Assembly (NCBI GenBank): GCA_040753955.1
Contig: JBFMDQ010000003.1
Coordinates: forward strand, 17,312-81,311
Source of the DNA: Nitrospirota bacterium
Lineage (GTDB): Bacteria > Nitrospirota > Thermodesulfovibrionia > Thermodesulfovibrionales > SM23-35
Reading direction: 5' to 3'
DNA: 64,000 nt
Both the position numbers and the translations under genes were made by a program. The notes under the pieces are model-generated. The model was not told where the DNA came from. It ran no database searches and was given only the letters and a program-made list of their open reading frames with translations. The number at the start of each line of letters is the position of its first letter. The first letter of the stretch is position 1. Positions 11,170 to 20,169 of the stretch are shown here, one piece after another.

Positions 11170-11604
11170 ATGAAATATCAGGTAGGGAAAACAGGACGAG
11201 TCGTTGCGGCAAGATTTGAAGATAGAGAGGACCTTCTCAAAGGCATCAATGATATAGTAAAAAAGGAGAAAATAAAAAATGCAGTATTCTTTCTCCTCGG
11301 AGGCATGAGACAGGGGAAGATTGTTGTTGGCCCTGAAAAGGATAAAATACCTCCTACTCCTGTATGGAGGGAATTAAGAGAGGGTCACGAGGTTTTGGGT
11401 CTCGGCACAATATTCTGGGAGGGAGAGGAACCAAAGGTTCACTTCCATGGTGCCTTTGGAAAGCAAGACAAGGCCAGCGTTGGATGCCTCAGAGAGGTGT
11501 CAGAGACATTTCTCATTCTTGAGGCAGTTATTATAGAGATAGAAGGGATCAATGTAGAAAGGGAGTTTGACCCAGCATCAGGGCTCTCTCTGTTGAAGCT
11601 ATAA
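11170..11604 (+). CDS. PPC/DUF296 domain protein
   Basis: The 144-aa ORF has the pattern typical of DUF296 (..GGMRQG...HFHGAFG...). GGAGGAAAC lies upstream. Confidence 0.6.
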   Translation: MKYQVGKTGRVVAARFEDREDLLKGINDIVKKEKIKNAVFFLLGGMRQGKIVVGPEKDKIPPTPVWRELREGHEVLGLGTIFWEGEEPKVHFHGAFGKQDKASVGCLREVSETFLILEAVIIEIEGINVEREFDPASGLSLLKL

Positions 11605-11812
11605 ATGAAAAAGGTTCTCCTCATTAATCCCAATGCCAACAAGGTCATTGAAGATGCAATAAAGAGTGGTTTTAAAGGGGCCTTCTGGGACATTTTGGCT
11701 ATGTATCAGAAAGATAAGTCAGATAAATAACGCCTTAAATCAAGAAAATGTGCTGTATATGGTTGCAGGAGGCATAGCTGTTAATCTCGAGCTCATCGAG
11801 ATGAAAGAGAGG

Positions 11813-12271
11813 TTAAAAATAATCTTCCCAGTGAAATGCTAATGGCTTTTTCTGAGCATTCAAAAGCTTTGCGTTAATAACCTCTCCGACAAAGAGTGTA
11901 TGGTCTCCTGCAGTAAAAGTATCTACTAATCTGCATTCAAAAAATGCAAAGGCCCCATCGATGACAGGTGAACCTTTGGGAGCATCGAAATAGGTGATTC
12001 CTTTGAACTTATCTACTTTTCTGCCACTCTTGAAACCGAAATGTCTGGCGTGGTCCTTCTGGTCTTCAGTTAGAGTATTTATCGCAAAGTAGCCAGATTC
12101 TTTGATCAGACCATGTGTATACCTCGCCGGGGCAATGGAGGCCATTAACATGAGCGGATGAAGGGAAACCTGTGATACCCAGGCTGCCGTCATGCCATTG
12201 ATTTTTTCTTTCGTCCTTACGGTAATAACATAAACCCCGTGAGAGATTCCTTTTGATACTATGTCCTGCAT
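11813..12271 (-). CDS. Flavin reductase-like FMN-binding protein
   Basis: The 152-aa ORF has the flavin-reductase split-barrel pattern (GVYVITV...GMTAAWVSQVS..P). AAGGAGGAAACC lies upstream. Confidence 0.75.
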   Translation of the reverse strand: MQDIVSKGISHGVYVITVRTKEKINGMTAAWVSQVSLHPLMLMASIAPARYTHGLIKESGYFAINTLTEDQKDHARHFGFKSGRKVDKFKGITYFDAPKGSPVIDGAFAFFECRLVDTFTAGDHTLFVGEVINAKLLNAQKKPLAFHWEDYF

Positions 12272-12648
12272 GGTTTCCTCCTTGTTATCTCTCAGAAGTT
12301 CAATCTTTGCATTAATCTTCTACAATGTAATCCTTAAGTTTTTCCTTAAGTGAATCTGGTTCGAAGATTTTTTTGACCATAAACTGCTCCTCAATGCAAA
12401 TTTATAAATCATTATATAATTATAAAGCAAATTCAGTAATATTTTAACCCAAATTATGCAAGCCTATGTTTTTATCTAAAATTACATCCACCTCAGGTAG
12501 CGCCCCAAAGCCACAGGTGTAAACCCCACCACCAATGTATTGGTGAGGGGGTTACAGACTAAAGGTGCCAGGATATTGTAAAATGTTTTATGCCGATTCG
12601 CCGAGGCAAGAATACACTAAAACAATATGGTAAAAAGATAGTTTTAAG

Positions 12649-13728
12649 ATGCTAAGGACAGGTACTGCAACATTGCCCCTTCATTACGGTAAGGCTCCTA
12701 AATGGCTCTTTTCGAGGATGACCACCCTCTCAAGGGAGATCATTATTGCAGTTGTTACAGAGTTTGGTGTAACAGAACTCCTGAAAAGACTCTCTGACCC
12801 TTACTGGTTTCAGGCCCTTGGCTGCTTGCTTGGTTTTGATTGGCATAGCAGCGGTCTAACAACAACTGTAACAGGTGCATTAAAAGAAGGTATTAAGGGT
12901 ATGGAGAATGAGCTTGGAATCTTTATGGCTGGGGGTAAAGGCTTGACATCAAGGAGGGCACCTGAGCATATTCTCAGTTACGCTGATAAATATTCCATCA
13001 ATCCTTCACCCCTGATTTATGCAAGCAGAATGTCTGCAAAGGTTGACAATACAGCCCTTCAGGATGGCTACCAGCTTTATCACCATGCCTTCATTTTCAC
13101 ATATAAAGGTAATTGGGCTGTAATTCAGCAAGGGATGAATCTGGTGAATAAGACAGCGAGACGCTATCACTGGCTGGGAGAAGATGTTAAGGATTTTGTT
13201 ATAGAGCCACATAAGGCAATCTGCTGTGATACGAGGCAGAGGACCTTGAATATGGTTGCCCTGGAGAGCGAAGATGCAAGAAAGATTTCTGTAGCCTTAT
13301 CAAAGGAAGGCCCGGACAGGGTTATAAAGGAAGTGAAGGCAATTTGTGAATTACCCTTACCTGAAAGACATAATGTGACAGTAACTGACATAGACACAAA
13401 AAGACTCTACAGGATTTTCACAAAGACTTATGAGAGGCAGCCTGAGGATTTTGAGAGGCTTCTTGGAATTGAAGGAGTCGGGCCAAAGACAATAAGGGCG
13501 TTGAGCCTTGTATCAGAGTTGATTTATGGTAAGCCTCCGAGCTATCGTGACCCTGCAAGGTTTAGCTTTGCCCATGGGGGAAAAGATGGAACACCCTTTC
13601 CCGTTGACAGAAACACATATGATAAGACTATAGAGATCATGAAGAATGCAATACAGTCAGCGAGGATAGACAATACTGACAAGATAGAGACAATAAAGAG
13701 GCTTAATAAATATTTTGCTGCCCTTTGA
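12649..13728 (+). CDS. DUF763 domain protein with a helix-hairpin-helix motif
   Basis: The 359-aa ORF has an N-terminus LPLHYGKAPKWLF typical of DUF763. An HhH-like GIEGVGPKTIRAL lies near the C-terminus. Confidence 0.65.
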   Translation: MLRTGTATLPLHYGKAPKWLFSRMTTLSREIIIAVVTEFGVTELLKRLSDPYWFQALGCLLGFDWHSSGLTTTVTGALKEGIKGMENELGIFMAGGKGLTSRRAPEHILSYADKYSINPSPLIYASRMSAKVDNTALQDGYQLYHHAFIFTYKGNWAVIQQGMNLVNKTARRYHWLGEDVKDFVIEPHKAICCDTRQRTLNMVALESEDARKISVALSKEGPDRVIKEVKAICELPLPERHNVTVTDIDTKRLYRIFTKTYERQPEDFERLLGIEGVGPKTIRALSLVSELIYGKPPSYRDPARFSFAHGGKDGTPFPVDRNTYDKTIEIMKNAIQSARIDNTDKIETIKRLNKYFAAL

Positions 13729-13730
13729 GG

Positions 13731-14603
13731 CTAATCCTTCCATCTGTACTGTTCCTCCACATGGCTGTGAAGCCTGAAAGGTGTGATACATTCTTTGATG
13801 GATACACCGACAACATTAATCTTATTTATATCTGCCTCACCCAGTCCTCTTTCTGCACAATAGTAGAGGTATCCTACTTTCAAGAGGTCAATTCCCATGA
13901 TCTCGCAGGCCACCCTATCTGCCGCCAGGGGGTCAGTACTGGATATTGCAATACCGACATGAATGGGATCACCAAAGGTCGGCCCATTCCCTTCCATACC
14001 AACAAGGCCGTCAATAACAGAGAGGTCTGGCCAGATATGTTGTGCAAGTTCTGCTATATTCAGATTTGTCTGCCTTAATCCTTGATGAACCTTTCCTTTA
14101 TCAAAAAGGAAGACACTTCCCATCGCCATATTCTTTATTGAGAGTGTAACGACTACCGCATCATGGGTCTTGAGCTTTGCTGCAGAAATGAGGTAATTGT
14201 CTTCTTCAAGGAAGAGACTTGAGACCCTTACATTGATAGGCCTTCCCTTTGAATCTCTTATAGAGATGAGTTTATAAGGTCCTCGATTGAGGTCCGTCAA
14301 TTCAACATTGTATTCATCGAGGAGACTATAGTAGCCGAAATTTTTAAAGGCATCCTGTGTATCACCGCAGGCTGCCTCAGCGATGATAACTTTCTCTTTA
14401 TGAAAGCCCCTCAAGAAATCCAGTATGCCCCGTATCTGATCTATATGGCTCGCAGCAAGCTGAATAGATGTAGACACGAAGTTTGGCTTGATTATTATCT
14501 GCCTTTTACCGATGCCTTTTTTGACATCATCAGTAAGAAGCTCAAGGGATTTCTTGATATTATTCCTTCTGCTTTCGCCTTTCACGATAGAAACCTTCAC
14601 CAT
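13731..14603 (-). CDS. DUF362 domain protein
   Basis: The 290-aa ORF has the IIIKPNFV...and ...DGLVGMEGNGP pattern characteristic of DUF362. Confidence 0.65.
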   Translation of the reverse strand: MVKVSIVKGESRRNNIKKSLELLTDDVKKGIGKRQIIIKPNFVSTSIQLAASHIDQIRGILDFLRGFHKEKVIIAEAACGDTQDAFKNFGYYSLLDEYNVELTDLNRGPYKLISIRDSKGRPINVRVSSLFLEEDNYLISAAKLKTHDAVVVTLSIKNMAMGSVFLFDKGKVHQGLRQTNLNIAELAQHIWPDLSVIDGLVGMEGNGPTFGDPIHVGIAISSTDPLAADRVACEIMGIDLLKVGYLYYCAERGLGEADINKINVVGVSIKECITPFRLHSHVEEQYRWKD

Positions 14604-14636
14604 AATTGACTAATGTTAGCTTATCACCGAACCGCC

Positions 14637-15320
14637 TTAATTTATTTTATAAACCTCTTTTGGTGTAACAATAATCAGTATCCTCCTGTCCTTCTCCCCC
14701 ATAAGATATGAAAAATCCTCAAAGACCTGAACTTCATGCACAAGAGCAACCCTTGGAGTCTTTTCATCTATAAGACCTGCCTCGGAAAGGATTATATCTT
14801 CCCTGTCGCCATAACCAGTGCCCTTACCAATCCTGTTTCCCTTTTTATCAACAGCCACAGCACCAGTAAGATAGAGGTCTACTCTGGGAAGATAGGGTTT
14901 TATTTTTATAGCTCTGCCAAACCTTGGAAATCCTCGGATGCCTGATGCCTCAAACGCCTTTTCTGGAGAAATATCTTTGAGGAGATAGAAACCTGTTAAC
15001 TTTGGTGCTGCCACGAGGAGGATTTTGCCTTCTTTCAGAGTCTCGCATCTTGCAGGATGTAAAGAAGAATCGGGTGCTGAAAATATAACCCTCGCCTCTT
15101 TCCATTCTGTAAGGGTTTTCAGTTTATCTGTTGCAGTCTGGGAGCCAATAAAGTTGGGTATCCTTCTATAGCAGGGTCGCGGAAAGGTAACAAGGTTATT
15201 ATTTTCCATATAGACCCAGACAGCCTGCCTGATTTCTTGTTTACTTTTAAAGACTGTGTTCTTCAGATTGGCCAATTTTACCTCGTTATAAAATCTTACA
15301 ATAAATTTATCTAAAGACAA
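14637..15320 (-). CDS. 5-formyltetrahydrofolate cyclo-ligase family protein
   Basis: The 227-aa ORF has a C-terminal GAVAVDKKGNRIGKGTGYGDRE motif of the MTHFS family. Confidence 0.7.
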   Translation of the reverse strand: MSLDKFIVRFYNEVKLANLKNTVFKSKQEIRQAVWVYMENNNLVTFPRPCYRRIPNFIGSQTATDKLKTLTEWKEARVIFSAPDSSLHPARCETLKEGKILLVAAPKLTGFYLLKDISPEKAFEASGIRGFPRFGRAIKIKPYLPRVDLYLTGAVAVDKKGNRIGKGTGYGDREDIILSEAGLIDEKTPRVALVHEVQVFEDFSYLMGEKDRRILIIVTPKEVYKIN

Positions 15321-15380
15321 ACCTAAAAATTTTTCGTTTTCCTGAAGTTAGGGCATGGAGTAAAATGAGAGATAGATGAA

Positions 15381-16163
15381 ATGGAAGAAGAATATCCAGG
15401 ATATGTAAAACCTGGCTTCAAACCTTTTGACCCCATTGCCCTTGCATCATGGACAAAGGATATTGTCTGTAAGGACTCGATGAGAAGATATACAGACTTC
15501 TACTGCACAGGAGTCTATGGAGGCATATCCACGGGCTACACCGTCGGTTGCTGCCTGAGGTGTATCTTTTGCTGGGTTGATTTTTCGAGGGATTTCCCTG
15601 AAAAGTTCGGAAGTTTCTATTCTCCTGAAAATGCCTTTGAACAACTCCTAAAGAACGCAAAAAAAGAAAAGGTAAAGAGGATGAGGATATCGGGTGGAGA
15701 GCCAACCCTCTGTCGTGATCATCTCCTTAGCCTTCTCGACTTGATTGAAGGAAAAGGTTATCTCTTCATCCTCGAGACAAATGGCATACTTTTCGGTGCT
15801 GATGAAGGATATGTCGAGAGACTGACTAAATACACAGGTATCCATGTAAGGGTATCACTTAAGGCAGGCACACCACAGGGATTCCAGAGGAGGACAGGTG
15901 CAAAAGGTGATTTTTACGAGCTACCTTACAACGCCATCAGATATCTTGTGAAGGAAAAGATATCCTTCCATGTGGCAGCCATGAGCGACCCGAGACTAAT
16001 GCCTCCTGAAGAAAGGGTAGCCATGTTGAAGAAGCTCAGTGAAATTGGCTATAAAGACTCCCTGGAGGAAGAAACATGCGACCCTTATCCTCATACAATC
16101 TACAGACTAAAAGAAGCGGGGCTGGAGATATTTAACAAGGAGAGTAGAACCTGGAAGGCCTGA
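15381..16163 (+). CDS. Radical SAM protein (small, archaeal-like)
   Basis: The 260-aa ORF has a CxxxCxxC cluster (CCLRCIFC) and the GGEPTL glycine-rich SAM motif. Confidence 0.8.
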   Translation: MEEEYPGYVKPGFKPFDPIALASWTKDIVCKDSMRRYTDFYCTGVYGGISTGYTVGCCLRCIFCWVDFSRDFPEKFGSFYSPENAFEQLLKNAKKEKVKRMRISGGEPTLCRDHLLSLLDLIEGKGYLFILETNGILFGADEGYVERLTKYTGIHVRVSLKAGTPQGFQRRTGAKGDFYELPYNAIRYLVKEKISFHVAAMSDPRLMPPEERVAMLKKLSEIGYKDSLEEETCDPYPHTIYRLKEAGLEIFNKESRTWKA

Positions 16164-16522
16164 AACGATAGTATTTCCTGTGGTCATTTTTGCATACAAT
16201 ATTTCTGGCAAGTACTGTTATTCCAAGAGGGTTAAACGTATGAAATTATATCATTCTGAAGAGCTACAAAGGACGGAGTCTTCACTACCGGGTTTATCTA
16301 ATAACATAGTAAATCAAAAAATCTAATAACATCGTAAACTAATTTTAACATCGCCTGAACCTCTTCCAAAGACTCTTTGGAGGAGAGAAAGGCGATGAAG
16401 ATTTTTGATGAGGCAATTCGTAACGTTGACCTCTTGTCATGTAATTACTATAATATTTTTAAAACCTGTTTCACATCAGTTTATTTGTCTCATAAAATTA
16501 GTCTATAGGTGGGTGAACTGAC

Positions 16523-17494
16523 ATGGGACTTCAACTAAAGATGTGGTTATTGGTAGTAACGATGTTCGCCATCCTCTATGGAGTGATTACTGGAGTTGGA
16601 AGTTATCTGGGAGTAGGAGGTGCCGGTAGCTATATAATTCTGGCTGTGATGCTGACAGGCATTCAGTATTTAATAGGCCCTTCTCTGGTATCAATGATGA
16701 TGGCAGTAAAATATGTTTCAGAACAGGAGGAACCTGAACTTCACAGAGTGGTAGAGGAATTATCCCGGAAGGTAGGAATCCCAAAACCGAAGATAGGAAT
16801 TTCCCAGCTTTCAATTCCCAATGCCTTTGCCTTTGGAAGGAGTCAAGGTGACGGAAGGGTTTGCATCACACAAGGAATCAGGAGATTACTCAATAAAGAT
16901 GAACTAAAGGCAGTAATCGGTCATGAGATCGCCCATATCAAACACCGGGACATGATGGTTATCACCTTGCTTTCAGTTATACCTTTGATTTGCTACTGGA
17001 TTGCCTGGAGCCTTATGTGGGGAGGAATTGGCAGAAGAAGAGAAGGCGGAGGTTATGCTGCTTTAATTGGTGTGGGAGCAATGCTGGCTTACCTCACCAC
17101 CAATCTTCTTGTTTTAGCCGGTTCCCGCATCAGGGAATATTATGCTGATGAGAAAAGTGTGAGATTGGGAAACCCACCTCATTCTCTGGCATCAGCTCTC
17201 TACAAACTGGTTTATGGCTCAGCAAAAGCAAGAGAAACTGCCCGGGGAGAGGAAGAACTGCATCGGGTAGAAGGTTTAAAGGCCTTCTTCTTGAATGATG
17301 TCGGCAGGGCCTATAATGAGATAGCTGATTTAAAAGCAATTGATAGAGATTACTCAGGCACAATTGATCAGGGTGAGCTTATGGCTCTGAGGTCAATGAA
17401 GGTAAAATTGGGAGCAGGGGAAAAGATAGCAGAACTTCTCACTACACATCCGAATATATTAAAGAGGATTGGACGTTTAGCCACTCTAATTTAA
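16523..17494 (+). CDS. htpX: M48 zinc metalloprotease HtpX homologue with an EF-hand-like loop in the C-terminal region
   Basis: The 323-aa ORF has four TM segments, HEIAHIKHRD, a third ligand in EYYADE and a C-terminal THPNILKRI. DRDYSGTIDQGE lies at 17342-17377. Confidence 0.85.
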   Translation: MGLQLKMWLLVVTMFAILYGVITGVGSYLGVGGAGSYIILAVMLTGIQYLIGPSLVSMMMAVKYVSEQEEPELHRVVEELSRKVGIPKPKIGISQLSIPNAFAFGRSQGDGRVCITQGIRRLLNKDELKAVIGHEIAHIKHRDMMVITLLSVIPLICYWIAWSLMWGGIGRRREGGGYAALIGVGAMLAYLTTNLLVLAGSRIREYYADEKSVRLGNPPHSLASALYKLVYGSAKARETARGEEELHRVEGLKAFFLNDVGRAYNEIADLKAIDRDYSGTIDQGELMALRSMKVKLGAGEKIAELLTTHPNILKRIGRLATLI

Positions 17495-17500
17495 ATTTCC

Positions 17501-17941
17501 TTGAAATCTGATAAGCCTCGTGAGGTATATGATGGAGTCGGAAGGGCCATGATGCTCGTTCCTGCTGGCCCTTTTTTATTTGGGCCTGACAATCTAACGG
17601 AAGTAATCGAATATAATTTCTACATTGACAAATATCCAGTGACGAATTTGGATTTTCTGCAGTTTCTTGAAGATATAAATATCACATCTAAAATGCCCCC
17701 TGGATTTCATGATTATCTAAACTATTTGAGAATGATCAGTGAGAAGAAGCCAGACCACCCTGTAGTGAATATCAACCGGTATGTAGCATCTCAATATTGT
17801 GAATGGGCAGGTAAGAGGTTACCGACAAGTAAGGAGTGGGAGAAGGCTGCGAGGGGTATTGATGGTCGTCTTTATCCCTGGGGAGATACATTCCAAATAG
17901 ACAAATGCAACTGCTTAGAATCTGGATATAATGAAGGATAA
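17501..17941 (+). CDS. Formylglycine-generating-enzyme (SUMF1/EgtB) family protein, C-terminally truncated (possible pseudogene)
   Basis: The 146-aa ORF has a TTG start. It carries FIDKYPVTN and YCEWAGKRLPTSKEWEKAARG..YPWG blocks, but the C-terminal third of the domain is missing. It overlaps the next gene. Confidence 0.5.
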   Translation: MKSDKPREVYDGVGRAMMLVPAGPFLFGPDNLTEVIEYNFYIDKYPVTNLDFLQFLEDINITSKMPPGFHDYLNYLRMISEKKPDHPVVNINRYVASQYCEWAGKRLPTSKEWEKAARGIDGRLYPWGDTFQIDKCNCLESGYNEG

Positions 17942-19412
17942 AGCCTTTGCTATGGGTGTAATAGGAGCTCTACTACTTCTGTTATTAGGTCTCTTTTTCC
18001 TTCCTTACTGTGCGGTTAGTCCTATAACCAAGGAGCGGGAGTTTGTACTGGTAAGTGAAGGGGAAGAGATAGAGATCGGCAGAAAGGTGGATCCAAAAGT
18101 CATAGAGGAATATGGCCTTTATGAAGATAGAATGCTTCAGGAATACATTAATAAGGTAGGTCAAAGGCTTGCACAGGTTTCTCATCGTTCTGATTTGATC
18201 TATCGGTTTAAGATACTGGATTCCCCCGTAGTTAATGCCTTTGCCCTGCCAGGAGGATATATCTACATCACCAGGGGGATGCTTGCGTGGCTAAACAGTG
18301 AGGCGGAGCTTGCCTCTGTGCTTGCTCATGAGATAGGACACGTCACTGCCCGCCATGCAGTGCATCAGTTGACCAAGGCAAGAAGTTACCAGATACTCTC
18401 CACCTTAGGTGCAATCTTTATTGAAGAATACCGGGTGGCTCAGAGAAGGTATGGGGATCTTTTCGACCTCCTTTTTGTAGGAATCTTACAGGGATACGGA
18501 AGGAAGAATGAGTTTCAGGCCGATTCACTCGCAATAGAATATGCCTTTAAAGCTGGCTATGACCCTGAGGCATCGGTCTCTTTTATGAAGACATTAGAGA
18601 GGATGAAGGATGAACCCAAGAGGGAAAGGAGCTTTTTTGAGGGTCTCTTTGCAAGCCATCCACCCATAGAAGAGAGGATTGATAAAAACAGGGAAATGTC
18701 AAAGGCTTACCTTGTGGAGGGGAGGGAGGTTATTAGACTTTCTAAGGAATATAAAAGCAAAATTGAAGACCTCCTCTACGGAGATGACCCAAGGTACGGG
18801 ACGGTTATTGGAAACGTCTTCAGGCATCGGGATTTAGCTATTGAGGTTACCTTTCCAGAGAAATGGAAAATAACTAATGAAAAGGGTCGGCTCCTTGTGA
18901 AAAACCCTAAGGCAGAGCAGCTCATGGAGCTAACCAGCCATGACATGGCTAAAAGGATTACAGCTGAGGTATATGCCAGGAATTTCTTCAGGAAGAGGGC
19001 ACTCAGGCCTATCTCAGGCACCTCAGTCCGCATTAATGGCCTCGATGCCTTTGTCGCATTAGCAGATGGCCGGGTGGAGCCATTCGGGCCTGTCAGATTA
19101 AAGATAGTTTTTATCCTTAAAGGAGACAAAGTCCTTCACCTGGTTGGGCTTGCCCCGCCTCACGAATTTAAAGGATTAGAGGAGGTCTTCTCTCAGAGCA
19201 TCTTAAGCTTCAAAGTCCTTTCTGTAGAGGAGGCAGAAGCAATCAGAGGTTTGCGTATAAGGATCTATAAAGTTCAGAGAGGAGACACAATCACCTCTAT
19301 TGCTGAGAGGGAATTGGGTGAACCTGAGAAGGCCTCTGAGATTGCTAAACTGAACGGTATAGAAATCGAAGCCACATTAAAAGAGGGGGATTTGATAAAG
19401 CTTATTAAGTAA
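17931..19412 (+). CDS. Periplasmic M48 family metalloprotease (BepA/YfgC-like) with a C-terminal LysM domain
   Basis: The 493-aa ORF has an N-terminal signal anchor and HEIGHVTARH. The C-terminal YKVQRGDTITSIAE...AKLNGI....LKEGDLIKL is LysM-like. Confidence 0.8.
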   Translation: MKDKAFAMGVIGALLLLLLGLFFLPYCAVSPITKEREFVLVSEGEEIEIGRKVDPKVIEEYGLYEDRMLQEYINKVGQRLAQVSHRSDLIYRFKILDSPVVNAFALPGGYIYITRGMLAWLNSEAELASVLAHEIGHVTARHAVHQLTKARSYQILSTLGAIFIEEYRVAQRRYGDLFDLLFVGILQGYGRKNEFQADSLAIEYAFKAGYDPEASVSFMKTLERMKDEPKRERSFFEGLFASHPPIEERIDKNREMSKAYLVEGREVIRLSKEYKSKIEDLLYGDDPRYGTVIGNVFRHRDLAIEVTFPEKWKITNEKGRLLVKNPKAEQLMELTSHDMAKRITAEVYARNFFRKRALRPISGTSVRINGLDAFVALADGRVEPFGPVRLKIVFILKGDKVLHLVGLAPPHEFKGLEEVFSQSILSFKVLSVEEAEAIRGLRIRIYKVQRGDTITSIAERELGEPEKASEIAKLNGIEIEATLKEGDLIKLIK

Positions 19413-19465
19413 TTAAGTAGATTGCTCTACCTTCTACTGCCGTAATGTAGAGAAGAGACTGAAAA

Positions 19466-19783
19466 ATGGCCTGTGAGATAATAGATATTAAATACCTCTC
19501 AGATTTAGAGTCATGCCAGCTTTGTGAACACCGCTGTGGTATAAACAGGCTTAAGGGCGAATTAGGTGTATGCCGCATAGGTTTACCAAAGGGGGCATCA
19601 GCCACGCTTCATCCAGCTCCTCCTAAAAGCTACACAATCTTCATGGCTGGCTGCGACTTCAAATGCCTAAATTGCCGGAACTATTTCTATTTCTTTGCCC
19701 TCTTCCAGAGTAACGATGAGCATCGATTTGGGAAAAGAACCGGGATTGAGGTAGTAAACATCTTTTTTCTTTTCCTTTCTTAG
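19466..19783 (+). pseudogene. Remnant of a PflX-like (PFL-activase-related) radical SAM gene
   Basis: Only about 70 N-terminal codons resemble the family (CQLCEHRCGINR..GELGVC, degenerate HPAPP and GCDFKCLNCRN). The frame then runs antisense into the convergent phosphoesterase gene. Confidence 0.55.
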
Positions 19784-20125
19784 TCGATGGGTATGGCCAT
19801 AAAGATATATATCAATCTTTTCTCCTTTGAATTTATTTTCTAATTTTTTATCAGTAAGAAACAAACCGTGCCCGTGAAAAATCCCAATCCTTTTTCCCTC
19901 TACTTCAACAATTTCTTTCTCCTTTAAAGTCTTTCTGATTTCAGAGGGATCCATATTCCCTGCCACGCCGCAAAAATTTCCCAGTGCCTTTAATTGATGA
20001 ACGACTTTGATATCGGTATAATCACCACAATGGATTATTAAATCTAAATTCAGACTTTTGAGCTTTTCTAATACCTCAAGAGATAAACTCGAAGCATGAG
20101 TATCTGAAATCATTCCTATTCTCAT
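19667..20125 (-). CDS. YfcE-type metallophosphoesterase
   Basis: The start is set at MRIGMISDTH. The motifs DTH, GD(Y), GNMD, HGH and GHTH are all present. Confidence 0.85.
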   Translation of the reverse strand: MRIGMISDTHASSLSLEVLEKLKSLNLDLIIHCGDYTDIKVVHQLKALGNFCGVAGNMDPSEIRKTLKEKEIVEVEGKRIGIFHGHGLFLTDKKLENKFKGEKIDIYLYGHTHRLRKEKKKDVYYLNPGSFPKSMLIVTLEEGKEIEIVPAI

Positions 20126-20169
20126 AACTCTTTCAGTATAACGTCGATATTTATCCTTAAAGGGATAAT

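Noticed and set aside
11605-11730. A 41-codon ORF (MKKVLLINPNANKV...) after the DUF296 gene.
   Set aside because: It has no Shine-Dalgarno and no family recognised. The downstream frames are broken, so it may be a remnant of a larger gene, but the evidence is too thin to call.
12488-12580. Assignment of the DUF763 leader structure to the c-di-GMP-I (GEMM) riboswitch class.
   Set aside because: Several short words match, but their order and helical context do not fit my recollection of the class. Only the generic 'structured leader' observation is retained.
16395-16508. A 37-codon ORF (MKIFDEAIRNVDLLSC...) upstream of htpX.
   Set aside because: A purine-rich stretch lies upstream, but the peptide is Cys/Tyr/Phe-rich and unremarkable, and conservation cannot be judged here.
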